The notes under the pieces: model-generated | Databases searched by the model: none | Seen by the model: the letters and a program-made list of their open reading frames with translations, nothing else | Told to the model about the DNA's origin: nothing | Translations under genes and position numbers: made by a program | Assembly (NCBI RefSeq): GCF_009914755.1 | Contig: NC_060936.1 | Origin: the human T2T-CHM13v2.0 reference genome, Homo sapiens | Reading direction: 5' to 3' (one strand) | DNA length: 64,000 nt | Part shown: one piece after another, positions 30,741 to 43,809 of the stretch | Layout: each line of letters opens with the position of its first letter | How positions within the stretch are numbered: the stretch's first letter is position 1

Positions 30741-31939
30741 ATTCTCCAGGTGATGATACCAGTCACCCTCTGCGTACAGTCAGCCCCATGTGGGAGATGA
30801 AGAAAAGGGAGGTGTTAGTCCCTGGTTGTTTGTTCTTTTTCCCTGGCAGGTAAACGGGATTTCTTTTGCTTATTTTTTATTTCCCTCTGGCATATCTGAA
30901 AAGGAACAACCATACACAAATAAAACATGAAAATTCAACTCACAGGATGAAACCAGTTCTTGCCAGTTCCTGGGGCATTTTTTCACCTGCTGCTGATTTC
31001 TCTCTTCCTCAACTAAATTCATTTTAAGATAAATTCTATATTTTTCTTCTCTCTTTTAAAAAAATTACCATAAAATTTGGGAGAAATGCTCCAGTTTTAT
31101 TCCTTTAGACTACTCTCCATAAACTTTTTAATTCAGCTAGTATATGTGTATTCAGTGTATTCAGTCAGATGAGTTAACCTTTTTAGACTATGAAAAGGTT
31201 CCAGCATTATCATCTCTGGGGGCATTCAGACATGAAAGTTATTTAGCACAATGTGCTATGCAAATCTAACAAGGGATAACAGCTTGAACTCCTGGAGCAC
31301 TCAATTAACTGTAGCATCTGTTAAAAATGAAAAAAGACATCACAAAATTGAAGGTAACACCCCTATCTCCTAGGGAAAAAAAAAATGAGAGTTGCTCAAC
31401 CTTTAGAGATTTATGTTGGGGTGTAACTTATAGCTCATGGGTTAAGAGTGACTTGTGTGGCCCCTTGGATAAGGAATTTAATCTCTGGGCTAACCACTCA
31501 GTTTCTTTGTCATTTGAGAGGAAAGAAAGAGAAAAGTCAATGGACCCTTGGAGAATAAAGATAGAAGATTAGACACCAAATGAAAAACTATGACCTTGTA
31601 TTCAGCCCTCATCTCACGACTTTGAATCTTACCCCAAAATCACCTTTTGAATAACAGGGAAGGTAACTGGAGAGAGAGATAATATGAAAAGGACTGAGAA
31701 ATGCTAACAAGGGTACATAATTTTCATCACTCCCAAATGACAAGCTCATGTGCCAGGACATGGGCTTTAATTCTACTTATACAAAAGCCTGAGTTCCAAT
31801 ACTTAATATCTTCCGATAATTACTTGGCCAGTAATCCACATCAAATCCCCACACTCCAATGATTCATTTTGAAAAGCTCCTAAACAAGCACCAACTCGGC
31901 AATCTTCCACCCTGATTCTCTTGGATGGCGAAAAGAAAA

Positions 31940-32260
31940 TACTTCAGAGTTGCTCACCACTGGGCGGCACTTGGAGTGAGGTCATGTTTGGAAACAGGAG
32001 ACGAACCAATAGCAAAGATTAATGGGGCTTTGGAAAAGCAAGTTTAAACAATATGTTCATGAATCGGGGGTAAATGTAAACCAATCAAAAAGGGAAAATA
32101 TGTATCCATCTTTTACGCTTATATTTTTGGCCACCCTGTCGAACAGCTGCATCTTGCTGCCTTATTGGCTATCCCAGGCCAAGGATAGTTTACAAGCTGA
32201 AGTCACAGGCTCAGCTGGGGAACTGAGTTGCGGCGGGGGTGGTGGGGGGAATTAGGTCAA
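31940..32260. promoter_or_regulatory. Candidate promoter/enhancer
   Basis: Repeat-free; CCAAT at 32006, 32081 and 32164 (reverse); G-rich GC/GT box at 32232-32249; forkhead-like gtttaaacaa; locally retained CpGs. Confidence 0.35.
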
Positions 32261-35109
32261 GGAGGATTCAGTGCTAAAGGAGGACTGTGATTTGCAATGG
32301 TTTTTTAAAATCCCATAACTGCTCTCTTACTAAACAGGTTTTTAGTGGTGTCATAACTGACATGGCCATTTTCCTAAGTTATTGCCTCATTGGAATTTCA
32401 GTAAATAGTGCTAGTCTTCCCCATGATCATGGCAAGAGAAAGGTAGGTAGAAAAAGACAAGCATCTCCAGAAGTGATAAGCAACCCAAATCTTATGATAC
32501 AAGTGATTCATCCTAAGAGCCAGAGTCAAGATAAATGCTAAGAAAGCTGATCTGTGTTGCCACTTCTCACATACATCCGCAGACTAACATTCGAGGTTGA
32601 AAATCAACATAAATGTTCTTACTCACCTTCTTCTATTCAACAAGGCAGATATTTCAATTGCCTATAATTCCCCACTATGGAACTCATTACAACTAGTGCC
32701 ATTTTGAATAAAGGAAAAGTTAATCTGTAAAATTTTTTATTTTTGATACAGGGAAAGTATGGTAATTTGTAATGTTTTATAGGGTTTCGTGCCTTGTATA
32801 CTTAAAGAGGAAAAATCACAAAAAGCCCTATCTATTGTATGCTTAGTGTCTAGAAGAACTTTTGTCAAATCTCCAAGTCAGTATAAAAATAATTTTTTTT
32901 ACCTTAACAACTGATAGTCTAAGACCAAGTCCAAAGCTGTGGGAAAGGACACAGAGGCAGATCATTTCTCCTAGTCCAAGCCATGTGTAAATAAAGGAGG
33001 CAATCACATTTGGGGAATCAATCAGGGTGCAACTTGATCTGCAATCTCATAACTGCCCCATAAGGCTGCATTATCAGTCACCAGAGAGTGGTCTATTCTC
33101 TGTTAAAGACAGATGCTAGAGAAGAAGCAAGACCCCATTGCAATCCACACTCCATGTCACAGACTGGAAAGATGGACACAAAGCAGGGATCAAAACCCAG
33201 CCAGATCATCTGAAGATATCCAAAGAGATTCCTACTGGACATCAACCTCTAGATCATAAGAGAGAAACCCCAGGTGTCCTGATGACCCAGGTAGAAAGGA
33301 AGGTGACCCTTTCACATTCTTGCGTAGAACAGAGTAACTTATTGTAGGGGTCTACGAGGCAAGCGTGTCATGAAATTCCACATCCCTCTGTCTAGCACTC
33401 TGCATTTCTAGGCACCTAGCTCCACCTAGGCCTAGGAGACACACTGAGAAACTTGTAAGGACACATTTGAGACGTCTAGGATTGGCTGCCATTGGGCAAA
33501 CATCCCACGTAGATGTCTCTGGGACTGGAGGAAATGACTGGCTCAAGTCCAATCCAAGTTATGGCTCCAGCCAAAGATTCTGGGGTGAGAGATGGGCTGG
33601 AATGCCAGGGCAAACAGGAATACTTAGAAGGGAATGAGACAGAAAGCTGAATGTATCTGTCATGTCTGGCAGCATGACATGGAGTATGGCAGGCATGTGT
33701 AAGGAGCAGACTGAGGAAGGAGCAAGGGTGGAGCAGACACGAAGATGAGAGCAAGGCTGTCTCTAGGCTTTCTCTGATAAATCTGCAGCAGCAAGAGCCT
33801 ATAAGTGTCAGGGCTAGTTCACGACCACAATCCAGATGGGCTCTGAAACAGGTTTGAGCTGGGGTGGTTAGTAAAGGGCAGTAAATTCAGCTGGAAATAC
33901 AAAGAAAATGGAACAAATGTCCTCTTTTATTTTAAATCTAATGACATAAAGTTCAAAGACAAATTTATAAAATTGATCATTTATTTAGCACACTCCATAC
34001 ACCAGATATTCTGCTAAGCTCACAACTTCATTCGATTATCCAACCGTCTCACCAGACAGATATGAAGACATTTTACAGAGAAGATGCTTATAGGGAGAAG
34101 CTCAAAGAGGTTAAGTAATTCCCTCTTCTTCCCTCTCCCCAAAATACTACCATATCTCTGTCTTCAAAGTCTGCCCAATGCCATAACACTGGTTTTCCTC
34201 ATCAAGATATGACCTCCAGTTTTAATCTTTCCAATATTAACCTTTCTATTATCTGGCCACGTAATGCTGGAAAGGTCATTAAACTTCTTGAGGCCCCGGT
34301 TTCTTCATTTTTGCCAGAAAAAGATAGAACTCCATGATCTCCAAGATCTCCTCTGAAACTTGGGGTATCCAGCTCAGGCTTTGTCTCCACAATGTGATAT
34401 TAGAAACACAGGGACACCTCAGGCTTGGGATGGGAAGGAACATTAACTACTAAAGAACCATGGATAATTAAAAATCATCCACAAGCAATATGGAGTTCCT
34501 CATGTTCAACGATTAAGTGAATGAAGTTTGCATGTCCAGCAAAAACCCTACCCTGCTCTGCAATAAAATGTCCACCCAAGGGAGAAAGGAAAATCACATG
34601 ATTTATAAATTGCCAGAAAAGGCATTCCTCTCATATTTCTTTAAAGTGTCCTGGTGTTATAATTAAGGAACTCAGTGGGGTGCCTCTGTTCACTATTAAC
34701 CAAATGAATTCTGATGTGCTTGGATCAGGAAATGTGTGGTTTCACCACATTTCTGATTTTTAGTGTCCCTACTCTTCCCTCTTGATATTTCAAATCAACT
34801 GTGGCTTCCCTCAGCTTAGCTTTGATTATCCAATTTGAGCCTACTTGGTGAGCTCTTTATGAATAACCAACCAACTGCTCTGAATATGATTTTCCTTACC
34901 TAGAAAATAACCCTTCATATGCATATCTCTCCTTGTGTCCCTGAAAACCGAAAAGGATAAAAAGGGCATGCAATTCTGCATAAAGGGCTTGAGATTGAGC
35001 CAAGAAAATCAACTGATTGTAGGGCTTACAATAAGCCATGGCAACAATGAAATATTTTGAAATTTTCTTCTCTAAATTCTAAATAATTCGCCCAGGATGA
35101 TCTAACTAT

Positions 35110-35530
35110 ATTGAAAAGAGCACTGAGTTTAGAATCAAATAGACCTGAGGGCAAATCTCAGCTCTGCAATTTACTAATATTTGACCCTGACCCTGAATGA
35201 TCTATGGAATCACACCAAACCTCAAATTATTCATATGATAAGTGTCATCATTAATAGCCATTTCACCAAATTGTTGTGAAAATGCAATTAGTTTACTTGT
35301 GTTAAATCTTAGCATGATTCTGGTATAATCTTCCTTGTAAAAGTAACAGCCACCCTATATTAGATACCCAATATATGCCAGGCTCTGGGCTAAGAACTTC
35401 ACATACATTAACTTCAGAGGTCACATCTAAACAACCCTGCAAGGAGAACCCTGTGTTATTAACTGTCTCTGAGAAGAGGAGATTGAGGTACAAAGAAGCA
35501 AAGCAACTGGTCCAAAGTCCCCCTGCCAGG
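35110..35530. mobile_element. Two MIR fragments (plus about 35110-35290, minus about 35345-35530)
   Basis: 'agagcactgagtttagaatcaaatagacctg' and 'tatgccaggctctgggctaagaacttcacat'. Confidence 0.6.
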
Positions 35531-36599
35531 CAAACAACCTTGGGATGGCTACTGCATCTTGTTATTTTTACAGGCATCAGCATAGATGTGAATCAGAAAT
35601 GTGTGCTTTGAAATCTTCACTCTTCTGAAAAAATAATGAACCCAATTCAGAGAAAAAGTTCTCACCAATGAAGAAATAAAATTTTTGTAATGATATATAC
35701 TTCAGGGAAGGAAGAAGGAAAACTCCACTTCATACACTTCCAGCTAAGTGGTACTTTGGCAGATAGTTTGACAGGGAGACAGTTAAAGGGATAAAAAGAG
35801 GCTCAACCATGGACTGTTGCCACGGGCATTCGGCTGGTACCCTGTGGTTACCCACATTTGCCTGGATCCATGCTTCTGCACTGGCCCAATCATGGGGCAG
35901 GTGGACTGCCTTTGCTTTTATGGGAAGCTTAGGAACTGTAGTTCCTAAGAGACATGTAGTTCCTCATGAGACAATCTTTGAAGACAACTTGGTGATCAGG
36001 AAGGAAAAATACTTTACTCATTGATATTTGAAATAGCCATAGTGCTTTCATGAGCTGAAAGCGATCTCAAGTAGGCAAGTTCACAGGTTTCTAGAGTTAT
36101 CAGGCTTTCCACAGCTTTCAGAACATTAGATTCAACACTAAAACAATCTCACATAAAAATTTCTTTTGAAAACTTGAGGTCAATGAACTCCACTATGCCT
36201 CATATTCATGTCACCTTCAGTCACTGTCCTAAAGATAAGCCCCTGCAGTCATCTATTCTGTCCTTAACCACTAACACTAAACTAATATTTGGATCAGGGA
36301 GAAGCAAATGCCCACATCCCTTATTCACTCCTCAATCTTTCTGCTGTCTCCTCTAGAACTCCATTTCCTGATTATCAAAGTTTAGTGCATTTTCAACTTC
36401 CAGAAAGAAATCTTCCACCACTTCTTTGCTGAACCCAAACCTGGACCTCCCTCTGGGTGATCTTCTCTTCTACAGCCCTGTCTAGGTGCAGCTTTGGGTC
36501 TCTCAAGCCTCATTTGACATGGGGCTTGGAAGTGAAACAGTATTCTCATAGTTCTCTGTGCACTCTCAAATTCTTCTTCCCTTAATGAACAACCCCTGC

Positions 36600-37600
36600 A
36601 CTCTGCAAGCTTATGCCTTCTAGTACACAATCCTAAATGCCTTTCTCTCACTACCATCAACCAACTCTCTCACATTCATCCCCAAATATTAAGAAGCCCC
36701 TGAGTCACACTGTCCTTTCCACCCCTAGTCTTACCATCATCCTGGGTGAATTCTGAGTCCGTGCACATACCCCATAAAATGCCTTGCCCCACAGTTCCTG
36801 GGCCTCCTCATTCCAATAACCTTCAATTCTACTCAAATTTTATTACCCACATGCATAACCACACCCTGAAGCTTGTCATCCCACAGAATTGCTTTACTAA
36901 CGAAAATTTAATCTCTAATAAACCACAGCCTGACCACACAACCTACTTAAATTTCCTATTCTCTGTTAATTCCTTTAAACTTGTTTTTCAACTTCATTAA
37001 AAAAAAATGCTCTGACTCACTGCCCCGTGCTCCCATTTTCCCCAGTATGTGCCTTCCTGTCTTCACTTTCCTTCCCATCACGGCTTAAACCATCTCTTTA
37101 ATCATTCACTTATGAATGATTTGAATTTTCTTGCTCCCTTTTGCTTCCTCCAAATGAGTCCACTACAATCCTGAATTTTTATCATTCCCACATCGGTCTT
37201 TCCCCCGATTCTACACTCAGGCAATGCGGGGAGAGAATTGTACAACATGCTTCTACAAATCCATGATCTGTATCCCTAGATATTACCACAATGATTTTCC
37301 TATATATCAATTGTTCCTTAACACCATCATTTCCTACGAAGGTTGCTTCAAATCTTTACTATATTCGAGTTACCCATCCCCTTATTCACAATAGATATCC
37401 TTACCTCAGTCTTCACCAAGAAAACAGAGCAATCAGGTAAAAATTCCCTTAACTTCCCATCCCTCTCCTCCCTCTACTCATACAACCGTGTCTTCATCAG
37501 CATCTTTTCTTACCTCCTTCCTACCCATCCCAGAGACAGCATCCTTTCTCTTATCTAAAACCAATACTCCAGCCCTAATCCCTTTGCCCCTTTTCTACTA
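36600..37600 (+). mobile_element. L2 internal fragments
   Basis: Pyrimidine-rich L2-like text 'accacaccctgaagcttgtcatc' and 'ccttacctcagtcttcaccaagaaaacagagcaatcag'. Confidence 0.55.
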
Positions 37601-37826
37601 CTGGCCACCTGGGTTGTTGATGGAGCAGCTGGGAATGGGATGTGGGTACTCTGGCTTTAAGGTTTGGCACATTCTTATGAGCACATTTCAGCAGCACCAA
37701 AATTTCAAGAGAACTCACACTCGGGTATAAAGAAATGCAGAAATACCTTTGGTTATTGATCAGAAGAGTTCACAGAATAATGTTTGGTTCCCAGAGTGTT
37801 TGCTGTTCCAACATCAGGATGTGACC

Positions 37827-38188
37827 TGTATTAGTCTGTTCTCTCATTGCTGATAAAGACATACCCAAGACTGGGTAATTTATAAAGAAAAAGAGGTATA
37901 ATGATCTCACCATTCCACGTGGCTGGGGAGGCCTCACAATCATGGTGGAAGGTGAAAGGCATGTCTTACATGGCAGCAGGCAAGAGAGAATGAGAACTAA
38001 GAGAAAGGGGAAACCCCGTATAAAGCCATCAGATCTCGAGAGATTTATTCACTACCATGAGAACAGTATGGGGGAAACCACCCCCATGATTCAATTATCT
38101 CCCACTGGGTCCCTCCCACAACTCATGGGAATTATGGGAGCTACAATTCAAGTTGAGATTTGTCTGGGGACACAGCCAAAACATATCA
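37827..38188 (-). mobile_element. THE1B solo LTR
   Basis: tgtattagtc...gacacagccaaaacatatca; perfect 5-bp TSD tgacc at 37822-37826 and 38189-38193. Confidence 0.93.
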
Positions 38189-39419
38189 TGACCCGTGATC
38201 CAGGATGTGATCACAGATGTGACATCTTACGGTCAAATTACCCATTTCCAAGTGCTTCTGAGATTGGAATGTATAGTTGGTCTCATAGAGAGAGACATAA
38301 TTGCAAAGGGCCACTTTGGACATTACATAAACACTAGGAACTCACTATTTCTGGTGCCCCTTTCATTTATCCATCCCACTATCTGAATGGGGTGTGTGCT
38401 CATCGAGTTTGAATCAGTCCCATTGGCAGGTGACTCTAAGCCACTACTGCTGCAGTTGGCCTTCCCCATGTCAAATCATAAAGACTTTAGATCAGATGTC
38501 CTTCACTGACCCACAATCAGGACCAGGATATTTAGGTTTGTTTTCTTTGGTGCACATGGGCCTAAGACAGAGTCACTTTCAGCAGCTTCAGTTACTTGGG
38601 GCTCCTTTTCTCAAAAAACACTAAGGATGTGGAAGGATGCAGAGTGATGATAAATATAGATAATTATAAAAGCTGCAGAATGGAGAGTTGCTTTGTATAT
38701 AAATATTCACACTTTTAAAGCCCATTTTTTAAGTTACCATATGCTTTGTTTACTGCTACTGTCATTTTTACTCCTTTATGCCAGCTAGACTGATACCACA
38801 CATTTTCTGTAAACACACACAATTTGATATATCATGATTTCTGTGGTTGTGATAGTTTTGCAATTACCCAACTGATCCTGGCTCTGGATGATTTTCTTTA
38901 AGCACTAAACACCACCTTAAAGGAGAAAAAAAGCATAGAAATAGAGTTGGCTTTTCTAAATCCTCACCACTTAATTTTAGTTGTTCTCACAAATAAAAGT
39001 ACAAAAAGTCTGACAGCTTTTCCCATATTATAACATGACAAACATGGACTTTTTAATGGGGTCTTTTTTTTCTTGTAAATTTATTAATTTCCCTATAGAT
39101 GCTGGATATTAGAACCTTCATAGATGCTTATGATTATATTTTTGGCTTTAAAGAATTCCACAGACATTGTAAGTAGAGCACATATTATTAAAACATATTA
39201 TCTTTCTTTAGAACATTTAGTAATCTTTGAATTAATTAATGAGATTTTGTTTCATGGTACACTTAAATCCCCTCACCCAAAATAATATCAACAAGATCTT
39301 AGCACACTTGGCACACTTAAACCTCCCATCCAAAATAATATCAATAAGAACTATCATTCATTGCATGCTTATTATTATTAAGCTGTCTGTTAAGCATCGT
39401 AGTTTTTTTTTTTCTAACT

Positions 39420-39580
39420 ATATGAAATGGCTTTATTAGTTCCATTTTTACTGAAGAGGAAACTGAAGCTAATAGAGATCAAACACCTTTTCTAATTTCA
39501 CAATTAGTAAATGGTGGTGCTGAACTTGAAGCAAAGCCTAATTCCAGAGCTGAAGTTTGAGCTTTTAATAATAAAGCATA
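39420..39580 (-). mobile_element. MIR fragment
   Basis: 'ttttactgaagaggaaactgaagct'. Confidence 0.6.
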
Positions 39581-39755
39581 TTTTACCTCCCCAAACATAC
39601 CTATCTTACATATGAGTCTTTTTGCTTCTTGCTCTTTCTGCTGCTTGGAGGGGTTTAAAATGAAGTAGTCTTTCTGCTGTTATCAAGCAATTAACTTATA
39701 AGCAATTTTATGCACAAAAAACAGCTAAATTCTAAAACAAATCTTCAAGTATTTT

Positions 39756-41713
39756 TTAACTTTTATTTTAGGTTCAGGGTACGCATGCAGGTTTGTTATA
39801 GAGGTAAACTCATGTCACAGGGATTTGTTGTACAGATTATTTCATCACTCAGGTACTAAGCCTAGTACCCATTAGTTATTTTTTCTGATCTTCTCCCTCC
39901 TCCCACCCTCCACCTTCCACCCTCAAGTAGACCCCAGTGTCTGTTGTGTCCATGTGTTCTCATCATTTAGCTCCCACTTATAAGTGAGAATATGTGGTAT
40001 CTGGCTTTTTGTTCCTGCATTAGTTTGCTAAGGATGATGGCCTCCAGCTCCAACCATGTTCCTGCAAAAGACATGATCTCATTCTTTTTTATGGCCGTGT
40101 AGTATTCCATGGTATATATGTACCACATTTTCTTTACCCAGTCTAGCACTGATGGGCATTTAGGTTGATTCTGGGTCTTTGCTATTGTGAATAATGCTTC
40201 AATGAACATACGCATGTATGTGTCTTTATGGTAGAACGATTTATATTCCTCTGGGTATCTACCCAGTAATGGGATTGCTGGGTTGAATGGTAGTTCTGTT
40301 TTTAGCTCTTTGAGGAAAAAGCCACACTGTTTTCCACAGTGGTTGAGCTAATTTACACTCCCATCAACAGTGTATAAGTGTTCCCTTTTCTCTGCAAACT
40401 TACCAGCACTTTTTTTCTTTTTTTTACTTTTTAATAATAGCCATTCTGATTGGTGTGAGATGGCATCTTATTGTGGTTTTGATTTGCATTTGCTCCAATG
40501 GTCAGTGATATTGAGCTTTTTTCAGACACTTCTTGTCCACATTCATGTCTTCTTCGGAAAAGAGCCTGTTCATGTCCTTTGGCCACTTTTTAATGGGGTC
40601 ATTTGTTTTTTCCTTGTAAATTTATTAATTTCCTTATAGATGCTAGATATTAGAACTTCATCAGGTGCATAGTTTGCAATCATTTTTTCCCATTCTGTAG
40701 GTTGTCTGTTTATTGATAATTTATTTTGCTGTGTAAAAGCTCTTAAGTTAAAAACTCTCAATAAACTAGGTATTGAAGGAACATATCTCAAAATAATAAG
40801 AGCTGTCTATGAAAAACCCACAGCCAACATCATACTAATTGGGCAAAATCTAGAAGCATTCCCCATGAAAACCGGCACAAGATAAGGATGCCCTCACTTA
40901 CCACTCCTAATCAACATAGTATTGAAAGTCCTGGCCAGAGCAATCAGGCAAGAGAAAAAAAATAAAGTGCACCCAAATAGGAAGAGAGGAAGTCAAACTA
41001 TCCCTGTTTGCTGATGACATGATTCTATATCTAGAAAATCCCACAGTCTCGGCCCAAAAACTCCTTTGGCTAGTAAACAACTTCAGCAAAGTTTCAGGTT
41101 ACAAAATCAAGGTACAAAAATCACTAGCGTTCCTATGCATCAACAACAGCCAAGCTGAGAGCCAAATAAGGAACACAATCTCATTCACAATTGCAACAAA
41201 AAGAGTAAAATACCAAGGAATACAGCTAACCAAGAAGGTGCAAGATCTCTCCAGTGTGAATTACAAAACATTGCTCAAAGAAATCAGAGATGAAACAAAC
41301 AAATGGAAAATCATTTGACGCTTGTGGATCAGAACAATCAATGTTATTAAAAAGGCCATATTTCCCAAAGCAATTTATAGATTCAGTGCTATTCCTGTCA
41401 AACTACCAATGACAGTTTTTTTCACAGAAGTAGAAAAAACTATTTTAAAATCATATGGAGAAAAAAAAAAACCCAAACTGGTAAGGCAATTGTAAGCAAA
41501 AAGAACAAAGCTGAAGCATCGTGTTACTTGATATCTTCAAACTATACTACAGGGCTACAGTAACAGAAGCAGCATGGTACTGGCACAAAAATAGACAGTA
41601 GACCAATGGAAGAGAATAGAGAGCCCAGAAATGAGGCTGCACACCTACAACCATCTGATCTTCAACAAAGCTGACAAAAACAAGCAATGGAGAAAGGACT
41701 TCCTATTCAAAAG
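39756..41713 (-). mobile_element. 5'-inverted L1PA (PA13-16-like) insertion: 3' part minus at about 39756-40745, inverted ORF2 RT piece plus at about 40746-41713
   Basis: Antisense 3'UTR and ORF2 end, abrupt strand switch near 40745, FADD codons at 41007-41018; TSD ttcaagtRtttt at 39744 and 41714. Confidence 0.9.
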
Positions 41714-43415
41714 TTCAAGTGTTTTAATCTAATAGAAGATATTAATATATCTCTTCTCTACCTTGTAAAATATTTATGCTGATCTTGACTTCCATTGTCT
41801 TTAGATATTTGTATAACTTAGTTTTAGCATCTTTGAAGTATACAGTAAAATAGCTTTGAAAAGCAAAGACAAGTTATTCTTTGGAAATGAAACCTATTTC
41901 TTAAATGTTATTGACAATAATAGTAATAATAGAAATAAAGCTTCATTAAATCTCACACCTAATGGTATCATATCTTTTACAGGTTCACTGATTTGGCAGT
42001 ACAAACAATACACCATACAATCAAAAGTAAGACAGGTATTTTTCTATTAATTCCAGTAGCGGACATATTGCACAGTAACTGCCAGAATACCTAATTCCTT
42101 TGAAAATCAGCCTTCATTGCCTCTGGCGCAATTTTAGTTTTGTTAAAACTGACAATTATGTAATTAAAAATAAACTATATTAAAATTTAAAATATCAGAT
42201 TAGCATCACCAATAGAATAGGTAGTGATTTTAAAATGTAATTGCTTTTAAAGGACAAGTTTATATGTTGTAATTATGTATGAACATCAACTTTTTTTTAA
42301 TTTCACATCAAAAGTATCATCAGATAAGCCGAGGAAGTAAAGAAGAAGAGTAACACATTCAAATTAGGAGCCTGAGAGAGGGCTAAACAGACCCCCTCTG
42401 TTCATGTATGCCTAATTCACAAAGCTTTGAGACTTTCCCTCAAGTGGTCTATCTTTTGGCCCCACTAATGTTAACAGTGTTGCTATTGGCAGCCTACCAT
42501 TTTCTCTCTCAAGGGAAGAAATGTGATACAGCTGTCACACTAACGCATTCTGGATATTTAAAATTCTAATTGAGCCATGCTGTCTATGATGGATTTTGGA
42601 GACGTGAACTGTTATCAAAGAGGAAGTAAGATAAAATGCTGGGCTAAGTTCATGTTAGGCCACTGGCTTATCTGAATCCATATTCCCAGAAAAGCCATAA
42701 CAAAGTGACCCTAGTCATGATTTTTCTCAGGAGTCTTTCTTGAGTTGTCATTTCATCCCTGACTGACTACTGCACAACATGAAATCAGCAAGATTCTCCA
42801 CAATGCCTTCCACAGCATATACGTACACCTCCAATGCCTATAGCTCTGCTTTATTGAGGCAGTTTAAGAAAGTAGAGAAAATTGAATAATAAATATATAA
42901 ATATGGTTAGTTAACAGAAAGCTGTTTCACAAAGGCCTAGGGTAGCTTCAGGACTTTCAGAAGTGCACTGCCCTGAGAAACCATTTGCCTGTGGACCAAG
43001 TTTGCTTTTAAGGATTAAGCCATGTGACTCCCAAGTTTTCTCATTGCAATTAAACATGTAAATGTCCATGGTGAAGGAACAAAATTTTGCAAAGGTTAAC
43101 CAGATCCCAAAGGTTAGGGGAAAAAGACACACTAAGATTAACTACCTCAGATATACCAGAAACACTTTGGGCAGAACAGCAGAGCTTCTGGACAGGAAAC
43201 TAGAAAAGCTCCATTTTAATATTGCCTGTCACAAACAATAGAAGAAAGAAAAGGAAGAGAAAGAAGAGGTCAGGAACATGTTATTTCAAACTTTTATAAA
43301 TAAAATTTAAAGATTATTCTCCTTGGTACTACTTAGGATTGAGGCTCTAATACATGTGCCATTTTAAGCTCATCTCTGGAAACAACATGTAAAGAATTTG
43401 AAGGTATTTGCTTTA

Positions 43416-43778
<363 letters not shown>

Positions 43779-43809
43779 AGAATTTTTTTTCCTGAATGGA
43801 ATTGTGATA

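Noticed and set aside
37919-37931. PRDM9 hotspot motif in THE1B
   Set aside because: It reads cctccccagccac; the hotspot-associated form needs CCTCCCT (T at position 7).
37942-38337. Longest ORF in the window (131 aa)
   Set aside because: It is the antisense reading of the THE1B LTR running into flank; no coding evidence.
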